DNA of 64,000 nucleotides from Vicugna vicugna (lineage: Eukaryota): assembly GCA_013265495.1 (NCBI GenBank), contig MU057809.1, positions 919,062 to 983,061 of the forward strand. The letters run 5' to 3'. Made by a program: the position numbers and the translations under genes. Within the stretch, counting starts at the first letter, position 1, and the number at the start of each line of letters is the position of its first letter. Positions 1-10,795 of this stretch are shown here, one piece after another. The notes under the pieces were generated by a model. The model was given only the letters and a program-made list of their open reading frames with translations, was not told where the DNA came from and searched no databases.

Positions 1-1500
1 GTTCTATTTCTTTTCCGTTTCTTTCTTTTTTACTTTTTTTAGTTTCCAAGTGTTAGGAGCGTTTCCTTTTTTTGGCTGTGCTCTTAATTTCAAATTTCAT
101 CACATTGTGATCAGAGAAAGTAGGTCTCCTCGTTTGAGTTTGTGAAGGTTTGCTTTTTAATCCAAAGCACGAGTAAGTTTTGTTAACGTTTTCCAGGAGC
201 ACTTTTTAAAAAGAGTTCTTTACTTGCGGGGTTCAGGGCATGTGTGATACATGCACACACGTGTACAAACACATGTGTACGTACACGGCTCTTGGCACAG
301 AACAGACCTTTCACTTCTTCCTGTTACTTGCTCTCTGTCGCTTGCTCCGCGTGGATTAGGAGGTAAAATCCCTGCCACCGGTGTCCCTCATAGGCTCCCG
401 CTGAAGCCGCCGCACCTGTGCCCTGCGCGGTGCTGACCGCGGGCCAGGGCGGCACAGACATGCCCCTGCGCCTCTGCCACTGACGGGCACCTGCCCCGCC
501 TCCTGCCGTGCCGCTGGCCCGAACTCAACCGCAGTCAGGGTGGCGACGCGCGCTCTCTGTGCACAGCTGCCTGCGCGCCTCTGCGTTCCACAGTGTCTCG
601 TGTTTCCTGTCGTACCCGGTGACCCAGTCAGAAAGTCTTCCCCTCTTAATAGGAGAATTGAGCCCACCTATGCTTTAACATAACTTATGTTTGGACTTCT
701 TTCTGGACTTACCCGGCTTTGTGCGCGCTTCTGTCTTGGTTTCTCTCCCGTCTTAAACTGTCTCATTCTGGGCTTCTTGGTCTCACTTGCCTTTCTGTGC
801 AAGGTTTTTGGTTTTCTGTTCAGTGGCTGCTTTTGTAGCTCCTGACTTTGTATAATGCCTGCACTTGCCTGTTTCCAACAGCCCGTTACTCTCCTGTGCC
901 GAGCACCTGACTGGTCGACTCCACGTGCCTCGCTGTTCGCCTTCCTGCAGTTGCGCACACACTCCCGCTACCTGACTTGACTGTGGACGGTACGTCTTAC
1001 TCTTCAGCTACTTATGATGGAAAGGTCCACGTTCCTGTGTTTTCCCGTCTTCTGTTCTCGAGAACATTCCCTGACTCCGCCGATCCCACAGCACCAGAGC
1101 GTGGGGCGTCCTCGCTGTTTTCCTAACTCTCATGTCGGCTTTACTCTTCCAGGTAAACACACCAGCCCCTCGACGCAGGACCCCGCTGCTCCATCTCCCC
1201 CACACCCCATCCCCAACCCCACCCTGAGGCAGTGGCTGGCTCACCTGCTCCTCGGCCTCCCCACCCCTCGCTGGGCGCTTTGTCCCACCTTCACGGCTTC
1301 TACCTGACGCTTAAGTCTCATTTCTCAGCAAAACGTTTAGGAACAATGTTTATCTGCTCAATGTCATTCTTTTCCTGTGAAATTTTTTCCTGTTATTTGT
1401 TTTTCTACAAAATCTTTGGCTTTGCAAAATTGTGTGATGTGTCTTCACTGCTCACCACTGAAGATGAGTCTCATTCAAGCCAGCTCTGTACAAGGTATTG
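1..1500 (-). mobile_element. Highly degenerate old LINE-1 (L1M-type) remnant, ORF2 5' / inter-ORF region
   Basis: T-rich blocks at 1-240, 640-900 and 1310-1450 resemble the L1 antisense consensus (e.g. tttcaaatttcatcacattgtgatcagagaa; taataggagaattgagccc). Boundaries are uncertain. Confidence 0.4.
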
Positions 1501-2129
1501 CTGGGGAAAGCACGGGCATGTCCTGTTACTGTGAACTCCTCCAGGGTCGGTGTGAGTCCCGATCGCCTCCACCGCTTCCCTCTGGCAGGAGCAGGAGGCA
1601 GTGCGCTTTCCCAGAAGAGCAAACGCCCTCCCCTCCTCCCGCTGGCAAGGCACCAAGACGTGCGTGCGCGTGTGTGCAGGTGTGTGCATGCATCTTCACG
1701 GCCCCACCCCTCCTGCCCCACTGCAGCCCCTTCCACCCGCGGGGAGGACGTGGGGTCCAGGTGGAGGAGGAGCAGCGCACAGCGCGCCGCCGGGCAAAGG
1801 TGCGGAAACACAGACACACAGGGAACGCGAGGCCGGGGAGCAGGCCCCGTCACCAGCAGGTCCTGGGTCAGAGGCTCCAGGGGTGGGCACGTCATAACCA
1901 ACTGCTCAAAACTCATGAGAAAGAGGCCGTCTCGAAAGCAGTCAGAGAAAACAGACGTGTTACCCCAAGAGGCACCACGATTCGGGCGACAAGGTCCGGC
2001 TGTCGCGGAGACATCAGCAGAATGGCGGCCCCAGCAGCGGCCCCCAGGCTGGGGCCCGGTTGGGGGAGAACAGCCGCTGCTGAGAAAGCAGCCTGCCGCT
2101 GACCGGAGGGACGGGGTGCCCGGGGCACA

Positions 2130-2345
2130 CCTAACAAGAAACGCGCCAGACTTCTAAGAAAACGACCAGACTCATGTGAAAGACGTAAGAGAGGATGTGA
2201 AACACAGAGCGCGACGGCCTGAGCGGGAAGGACATGTGGACAGGGGATGTCCCCGCGGAAGCCGGCAGGGTGACTCCGAACCTTACCTGGGAGAACACGT
2301 GAGATCATAGAAGAAAATGTAGAGAAAGAACGCGATACAAAGGTT
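2130..2345 (+). mobile_element. Old LINE-1 ORF2 fragment
   Basis: ctaacaagaaacgcgccagacttctaagaaaacgaccagactcatgtgaaagacgtaagagagg and gatcatagaagaaaatgtagagaa resemble the L1 ORF2 3' consensus. Confidence 0.45.
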
Positions 2346-5300
2346 GCATCGTGTCAGCCAGGGAACCACGCGGAAGCCTGGGTGACCGAGGCCGCGAGCG
2401 GCGCTCGTCCACACACATGCGCATGCGGGGGCGCGTCCACGTGGGGCGAATCCCTCTCCAGGTCACCCCCACCCAGGCCGGCCGTCAGGCTGTGTCTCCA
2501 AAAGGCAGGCGGGTCCTCGCAAGGCAACAAATGGAATCATCAGCATCTCCTCGGGAGCGCGCTGCAGACAGAGCCAGCCCAGAGGCTGGCCGCCCAGGCA
2601 GGCAGGGCCCAGGGCGGGCATCACCCCCCGTGTCCACACCCAGCCGCTCTGTGCACTAACAGACCTCCCGATGCCCGGCCTGGCCAGGCTGGAGGCCCAG
2701 CCCCACAGGTGAACGGGTGTGAGGAGGCACGTGGTGCCTGTGGCCCTGTCCCGGGTCTGGACCCAGCCTGTTACCTGCCAGCTCACTGGGATGGGGGTAC
2801 CACACGGACCCTCCCAGCTGGAGGAAGGACTGCAGCAAGGTGGTCTGTACGCAGCACTGAGTATGTGCTGCACACAGCAAGCACTCAGCCAGCAGTGGCT
2901 GCAATTTCAGGGCTAAAACCATGCCTGTGACAAGGACAACAGCCAGGGTGACACTGATGGTCACAGGAACCACCATGGAAGGAGAAGGCAATGTGTCCAC
3001 CACAAAGGGACAGCAACAGGCAGAGCTGGAAGGAACACCAAGCTCGATTCTGAGGGAGAACGAGGCTCTGTGAGTCTTAAGACGTTCCAGGAGGCGGAAC
3101 AGCATGAGGACTGATGTGGAAGGGTGAAGGAAGAAGAGGTGCTGGGACGCAAGGTGTGGAGCAGGCGTCTGTGCAGAGGACACCGCCGATGGCGGGCAGC
3201 CTCACTGGGCCCTGACGGGGAGGAAGTGAGACGCCCATGTGGCTGGTTGGTAGGGAGCCCGACCGACCAAACGCTGTGGGAAGTCAGGCTCCGACCCCAG
3301 AGCAGCCGGCTGCTTGCTAGACACCCACTGAATACGGCAGATTTGCCCCAAATACAAGATGCGCTGAAAGCTGCCCAGTCCAGTGGGCAGGCTCACTTCC
3401 TCCCCGGGAGGAGCCTCACCGTAAGGTGCGGCCTCCAGGGCGAGGGCAGAGCGGGGCCCGGGCAGAAACAGCCGCTCTGGCTCAGCCAGTGCTTCCCCAA
3501 GTGTCTGGATCTTCCCACACTGTGAACACACAGAGCTTCTCTCTGTGCTCAGGAGAAGGTCCCGCGTCTGGGAGGGAAGAGCAGACGCTGACGCTCCAAG
3601 TAGGGCAGCCAGGGCTGGGGGAGGCCCAGGCCTCACGGTCCCAGAGGTCACCTCCTCCCACGAGCCTCACTGGCGCTCCCACCAAGGACAAAGGTCCCCA
3701 GTCATGGCAGGGCAGACCCAGAACGTGAAATGAGTCACCACCAGTCACAGAACCAGGAGATGCTCTGAATAATCACCCGGAAGGCAGCCGGCCCCGCTGG
3801 CAGACTGTGATAAGGCGGCTCCCCGGCGGCGGGCAGTAAGGGTGACTGGGTTCCAGCGCCCAACAATGGAGGCTCGCACTACCCCCGGTGACTCAGGAGG
3901 TGACAATGACGCAGCGTCAGCAAGCCCGCCGTTGGACACAGCTCCTCGCAGGCCTCACAAACGCTCTCACAGCTCCCCTGTGCTCTGAGTGCGAGTTCCC
4001 GGAGCCAGAGCGAGTTTGGCGGGTGCTTTTGGAAGGAAAGCCCGGGGCCAGGAGAGGCCAAGAGGGAGGACTGCACTCCCAGATGAGACGGGTCGCAAGA
4101 GAACGGGGTCCCTCTGCACAGACAAGGCCGCCTGCTGCAGCATCGTCAGGTGGTGACCCACCCATAAAGCGCCAGGCACCGCGCGGCTCGGAGCGTAGCC
4201 TCGATCGCGCCGGAGAGCGCAGGCAGCCGGGCCAGCCCTTCCTCTCGCCCCCAAGGCCCTGGGGGGCTGCAGCGGAAGGGAGCAGGGGCACTGTGGGGGT
4301 CAGAGCTGGGACTGGCAGCTCCCAGAGCCAGAGAGGAAATCCTTAGTCCTCACTCCCTGGGGTTACAAAGTACTAGAGCATTTCTACAGTTAAAGTTAAA
4401 ACCTTCCCCCAGGCACGGCCGGCTGTACTAACGAGGGGTGTGTTAATGGCCGACCTCGGCCGGGACGACTTTCCATGTGATATTGATCATACTTAAAGAG
4501 AAAAGCATGAGTTGGGCTCACGCGTCCTAATTGGCACGAGTTTGCTAATTAATAATAGAAAGTCAAACTATCTTTGTCCAGTCATCTGCAATTAACTAAA
4601 GATGTTTAAATTTTTCTTTTTTCCCCTCTCTCCTTTCCTACACAGTGAACTCACCTTGGGCCAGCAAACAGCAGACGGCGGGGCTGCTGGCTGGGAGAAA
4701 TGGTGCAGAACCTGGGCTCCCTCCCAGTCGTCCCAGACCGAGGGCCTGGGATGCAGACTGCTCTCGATCCCAGAGACACCCAGAGGCACCCAGGCTGTCA
4801 CCGAAGGCGTGGGTTGACTCTGGCTCCCCTGTCTCACTAGGAGCCCCGGCCACTGTCCCCATTTTCAACCTCATCCTTCTCCACCAACTCGGGTTCGTAT
4901 CAGAGCAGAAACCTCCCCCAACCAAACACATGCACTTCCTGGGTGATCCACCCCCCCAAGGATCTGAACACAGATCTGCCTGCCTCTGGGCCCCGAGCCG
5001 TGCACCTCCCCGCTGAGCCCTGATCTCCTCGCGGGCTGCGGAGACCCCCTGGACCTCGGCAGCGTGTGGAGGGAGAACAGAGGCTCACAGGCCCCCCGCG
5101 CGAGCATGGCCAGCACTCCCGGCCCCGGGCACTGCCACTTCCCATTTTCCCCTTAACTGGGGAGAAGAAGAGAGAAATGAAATAAACAACACAAAATAAG
5201 CAGAAGATTGGACAATCAAGGGTGGAGATTAAAACCTGTCTGACAGCTACAGGCCAGATCCCAAGTGAGCATGAAAGGACTGGCAGGAGGAGTCCACGGG

Positions 5301-6039
5301 GCCCTGCTGTGTGCACGAGGGCCGCCAGCGTCTGTCACCCGTGGCCAAAAGTCAGTGCAGGCGAGGGCCAGGCCCCGCCATCCTGTGGTCTCTGCAGGTC
5401 CGGGCCCCTGGGACAAGGCACATCTCATCCAAGCCCCCGTGGAGAACGGTGCCCTAAGGTCTCCCAGTCGGGGGGGCGGGGCTTTTCCCCCTCGAGGTGG
5501 GAGCCAGGCCTCCAGGCGGCTCTGCACCCCGGCTGACATCAGACTCGCCCTGGGAGAAATGAAATAACACCCCCCACGTGGCCCCCCAGACTTTAACTGG
5601 TCTAGAGGGTGGGCAGGGCGCCAGGATCTCAAAGCTCCTGGGGGCGTCACACAAGGAACAGCAGCTCTACGGCCAAAAATAAGAAACGCCCAGGCCGGAT
5701 GCACACAGCCCCACAGCCCACGCCCCTCCAGCGCCCCCGCGAAGGCGGGAGAGCGGGGCCGGGTCCGCCCTCCCTCTTCCCCAGAGGGCGCCCGGGGCGG
5801 GGCCGGGGCCGGGCCGGGCCACGCGCCAGCTCCAAGGGGCCCTCGCTTCTGGGACAAACGCGCACGTCCTGGCCTCACCGCGTGGGTGTCCCTTGGGGTC
5901 CCCTGCAGTCCCTCCTCCCCCACCCATCTGGCAGGCCCCAATGGAGACAAGAGCTCTGGCCTGGAGCCCAGCTCTCAGGCACCATGCCTGGGCTTCCTTG
6001 GGCCACGAAGGCCACCAGCAGGCGCGTCTCAGGACTTAC

Positions 6040-6096
6040 CATGTCAGCTCTCTGTTTCTGGGCTCCCAGTTCCTCCAGGGCCTGTGACAGCTGAGC
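6040..6096 (-). CDS. MAD1L1: MAD1L1 internal coding exon (57 nt, phase 0-0): AQLSQALEELGAQKQRADM
   Basis: Acceptor ...cctgctttctgtcttgtcttgaag|GCT, branch-like CCCTGAC (A at 6122), consensus donor ATG|gtaagt. It continues the previous exon in frame (about human aa 454-472) and appears inside ORF 5875..6186. Confidence 0.95.
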
Positions 6097-7211
6097 CTTC
6101 AAGACAAGACAGAAAGCAGGGTCAGGGGCTGGCCCTCCAGGGCCGAAGGGGCCACCCCTCCCCCATCTCTGCCCATCCCCCACCACTGGGGATGCCCCGA
6201 ATCCCCACTGCTAGGGGGAGGACAGCGGGAGCATCCAGCTCGCCAAGTCCACCCAACCTGCCACTTGAAGGTGACCATGGAGTCAGAGGGGAGGGAAGAC
6301 ATCTGGATGGAGTTTTAGTCTCCAGATGAGAGAACAGGACAGTGGTGATCCTCTGCTTGGCAAGCTCATGTTCTGGAAGAAGTAACTGAGGGGACCAACC
6401 TCCAGGGAAGCCCCTGGTGCACCCCCAGGACCCTGGGATCCAGGCAGAGCCAACCTCCCCGCCCAGGAGGTTCCTGACCATCCGGGCTGCGGATGGTGCC
6501 AGGCCTGGTCATGGCCATGCACCAGGGCATCAATCAGCACCTGCCCCAGCGCAGGCTCACTCTCACAGCGACGGGCGGGGCCCAGGGCCTCGCACTCGAC
6601 CTGGGCAGTCAGCTGGCCCATTACATCTCTGTGGAAGCCACCACAGAACAGGCACCAGACCCCAGATCCCATCGAGCAAGACAGCCAGTGCCCGCCAGGT
6701 CTAGGCCCCATCGCTTAGGTGGAAATCGGGACCCACGATGGACGACCTCTTCGCACCCATTTGATTGGCAGAAACTAAGAACTCTGGCAAAGCAAAGGGC
6801 TGGGAAGGCTGTAATCAACATGGAGGAAATACAAACCAGCGAGCCACTCCGAAGACGACCTGGAGTTTCCCTCAAGTCAACGCCTGCACCCCTGACTCAG
6901 TAACTCCCCGAGGTGCCACTGCACACGCACACGACCGCCTGCACAAACCACCCCAGCTGAGCTGCACACAGAGACCTGAAGCCACCAAGGCGCTGTAGGC
7001 AAGGGGACTGATCGCCGTGCTGTGGTGTGTTTATGCGGACACGCAGATGGCCTCAGGCACGGCTGCCCAGAGGACAGAGCCACCCTCCTGCAGTTCTGCA
7101 CTTGGACCTGTGGACGAGTGAAGCTACGGCTGTGGCTGGGGGACTCCGGGGCCAGGTCAGGTCCACATGACAGCAGTTCAGCCCAGGACCCTGGCCAGGG
7201 CAGGTGTGGGG

Positions 7212-9272
7212 CACCTGATACCAAAGCCAGACAGGATGCCACAGTGAAAAAGCAAGCAACACACCACAGGCCAAATCCTTGATAAACACGATGCAAAAAT
7301 CCTCAACAAAATACTAGCAAACTGAACTCAACAATACATTAAGAAAAATCATACACCATGATCAAGTGGGATTCAGCCATGGAATGCAAGGGTGGTTCAA
7401 TACCCACCAAGCAATCAAATGAAACACCACAGTAACAGACTGAAGGAGAAGCGTAACAGGGTCACCTCAATAAATGCCTGACAAAGATTAACATCCTTTC
7501 ATGTCCAAAATTAATTAGGTGCCAAAGGAATGTACTTCAGCATAATAAGGCCACATGTGACAAGCCCACAGCTAATACCATATTCAACAGTGAAACGCTG
7601 GGAGTTTTTCTTCTAAGACCAGGAACAAGGCAAAGACAGCCTCTCCCACCACCCGCATTCAGCAGAGTACTGGGAGTCCTGGCCTGTGCAATAAGGCAAG
7701 AAAAAGAAATAAAAGGCATCTGAGCAGGAAAGGAAGAAGTAAAACTGAGCCTCTGTGCAGCTGACCTGACCCTAAAATCCCACCAGAAAACAGAACCAAG
7801 GAACAGACTCGGTAAAGTGGCACAAAATCAACATACAGAAATAAGCTGCATGTCTATACACTAACAATGGAGCATCTGAAAAAGGAATGGAACAGCCCCA
7901 ATTACAACAGCAACAAAAAACAAGCAAGCACCTAGGAATAAATTTAACCACGGAGGTTAAGATCTGTGTACACTCCAAGCTGTAAGACGCAGATGACAGA
8001 AACTGAAGGTGATATAAATGAGTGGAGAGGCACTCTGTGTTCGTGGGTTAGAAGTAATATTGGTAAACTCTCCATACTTGCCAAACCAATCTTCCGATTC
8101 AGTGCAGCCTCCAACGAAATTCCAATGGCATTTTTTATAGGAATAGAAAAAACAAACTAAAAAGTTTCTGCACAGCAAAGGAAACAAAATGAAAGGCAGC
8201 CTATGAACAGGAGAAAATATTTGCAAACCACATGTCAAATAAAAGGTTAACATCTAATACAGACAAGGAACTCACACAACTGAATAACAAAAAAGCACAC
8301 AGCTAGTTAAAAGACGGTGAGAGTTTCTACACAGAGGCTTTTCCAAAGAAGAGTAAGAATGGCTGGCAGATAAATGAAGGGGCACTCCACCTCGCTAGTC
8401 ATCAGGGACAAGCCAGCCAAACCACAATGGTACGTCAGCCCACGTCTGTTAGGATGGTGTCATCAGAGAGACAACAGGTGGCCGGTGGTGGTGAGTGTGT
8501 GCTGTGCATGGCCTGGGGGAGCGAACATCAGTGCATCCACTGTGGGAAGCAGCGTGGAGGTTCCTCAGAAAATTAAACATAGAACTACTATGTGATTCAG
8601 CAGTCCCACTCCTGGGAATACATCCAAAACACATAAAATCACATCTCAAGGAGACGCCTGCACCCCACGTCCACAGCAGCCAAGACGTGGAAACAACCCA
8701 GGTGTCTCACGGTGGTGAATGAACAAGGATGTGGCATGTATACAGCACGTATAGACAGATGGTTCAAGCTTAAAAACGGAGCAGATCCTGTCACTCATGT
8801 CACATGGAGGAACCCAGAGGACGCGATGCTGAGTGAGGCGGCCGGACACAGAAAGAGAGCTCGTGCACGATCCCACTTTCAGATCCCACACCGGAATCTG
8901 AAACAGTCGAACTCGTAGGAACTGAGCAGGTGGCTGCCTGGGTCCACAGGGGAGGCAGGAGGATGGCGGGGCTGGAGGAGCTGGTCAAGGGGCACAGACC
9001 CCCAGCGACAGGAGACCAAGACCCGCAGACCTAACGTACAGCGGTGCGACCACCATCAAGGGCGATGCGTCACGTACGGGAAACGTGTTGAGAGCAGGTC
9101 TTGAGTCTCCCCCCACACAACAACATGTGAGAGATGCAGCTGCTTATTTAAATCACCTGAACTGTGACCACCAGTTCACCACGTACAAAAGCGTGTTATC
9201 AGAGCGTCACATGGTGCACTTTAAATACACCCCCTCTGATTGGTCACTTGCGCCTCAGTAGAGCTGGGGAAG
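7212..9272 (+). mobile_element. 5'-truncated, internally deleted LINE-1 (ORF2 RT region to 3' UTR; L1MA/L1MB-like), inactive
   Basis: cctgataccaaagccagac...gatgcaaaaatcctcaacaaaatactagcaaactgaactcaacaatacattaag...catgatcaagtgggatt is typical L1 RT-region sequence. It is followed by ORF2 C-terminal sequence (gattcagcagtcccactcctgggaata) and an L1M-type 3' end. There are many stops and frameshifts. Confidence 0.9.
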
Positions 9273-9299
9273 TGCAGGGTGTCTGCAGGCTTCCATCCC

Positions 9300-9430
9300 C
9301 CAGAGCATCGGTTACCGGTCCCTAGACGGGAACGTGATTCCTGCCTTCCAGAGTGGTTGTGAGAATTACACAGAAAGCACGTAAGAATCTGGCACAGCGC
9401 AACTGCCCAGCAATGAGGAGCCACTGTTTT
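9300..9430 (+). mobile_element. MIR fragment
   Basis: gagtggttgtgagaattacacagaaagcacgtaagaatctggcacag resembles the MIR 3' half. Confidence 0.5.
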
Positions 9431-10617
9431 TGCTGCAAGCACCTCCCACCAAGACCTCTGTCACCACCGTTCGGCTGGGAGTCCTGTGCTGACGCCCGTC
9501 CCGGGCAGGGAGCCGGCACCCTCACGCGATGCGGAGAACCCGGCCGCCTGCACTAAGGCAGAGGGCTCCCAGAGCCCGGGTCTCTGGTGTCACTGCCCCA
9601 CTCCCCTCCTCCTGTTTCTCCACGTGACTCTGTCTCAGGACTGCAGCTGGTTCCCTGTGAGCTTTCTGCAGGACGGTCATCCGAGTGCTTTACACAAGGG
9701 GAGCGCTGAACACACGCGTTCCTGAGAACAAAGACTGGATCTGGTGAACAAGCCAGGGTTCAAAACCTGACGTTCTTCCTGCAGTCAAATCCCCCAGGGC
9801 CAGGAGCCGGCGACAGGAACAGGGTCCGTGAGCCCACAGAGAAGTCACGGGAGGAGTGGGGCCGTGGAGCTGCTGTGGGTCCCCCTTCCCCAGGCTGGCG
9901 GTCAGCATGAGGTGCACTCTAATCTGAAGCTGCGATTTCCCACAGACCTGCATGCAGCCGCCAGCACCGTCATCTGTTTTAATTAAATAAACTGGAAAAA
10001 CAAATCAGGCCGATATGTTGAACCAAGGCGGCGTGAGCTGCGTGACCGTCGCTCCGTCAGCAGAGGAGGATTCGTGACATATGCTCCAGCTCCTGCAGCC
10101 GCTTTATTAAGTGGAATAAAATCCATGCAGAGTGGCCCAAACCTCGCCAGAGACGGGCTGCTGGGATTCTCCCAATCTCAAAACTTCCGGTTCGTTTTAC
10201 TGAAATGTTTTTGCCGGAATCAAAACACGTTCTGCATCAGAAGTGACTGATTAAGCCACGTGGGTGAAATGCAAGGGCTCCGGGAGAAGCAGACGGGCTT
10301 CCAGGCCCCGCGCCCGTGCCCGCCCCGCGTCTGCCCCTGCTCCTGTCCCGCCAGGCGGACAGGCAGGTTGACGGAGCCCGCGGGAGGGCGCCAGGACGGA
10401 GGGGCTGGAGCAGCCCGCACCAAGCCCAGCCTACCCTGTTTCGTCAACAAAGTTTTATCGGCAGGGAGCCTCAGCCACCCGCTACCACAGCCGGCTGCTC
10501 TCCAGCTGCCCCTGCGGGCTCGGGCCATGGGTCGGGCCCTCCTCACGCACAGACACCGCACGGCCCGCAGCATTTACTGTCTTCACTCCACAGACAAAGG
10601 CCGCTGACCCCCAGGTG

Positions 10618-10795
10618 AGAAGAGATGGGAGCCTGGGGGGAGGGACGGGGTGAGAGACAGCCCAGGAGGAGAGGGGCAGAGAGGGTGAGACGGGACAGAG
10701 GAGAGAGAACAGGAAGGAGTAAGGGAGGGGACGGAAGAAGACCAAACAGACAGACAGAAGAGCTCCGTGGAGGTGGGGGTGGGGTGGGGCCGGGG
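10618..10795. repeat. Purine-rich low-complexity tract ending in a G-quadruplex motif (GGGGGTGGGGTGGGGCCGGGG, 10775-10795)
   Basis: Read directly from the sequence. Confidence 0.6.

Noticed and set aside
239-288. Alternating purine-pyrimidine tracts with Z-DNA potential (also about 1660-1692 and 31170-31230)
   Set aside because: They are short, interrupted and common in mammalian introns, with nothing pointing to function.
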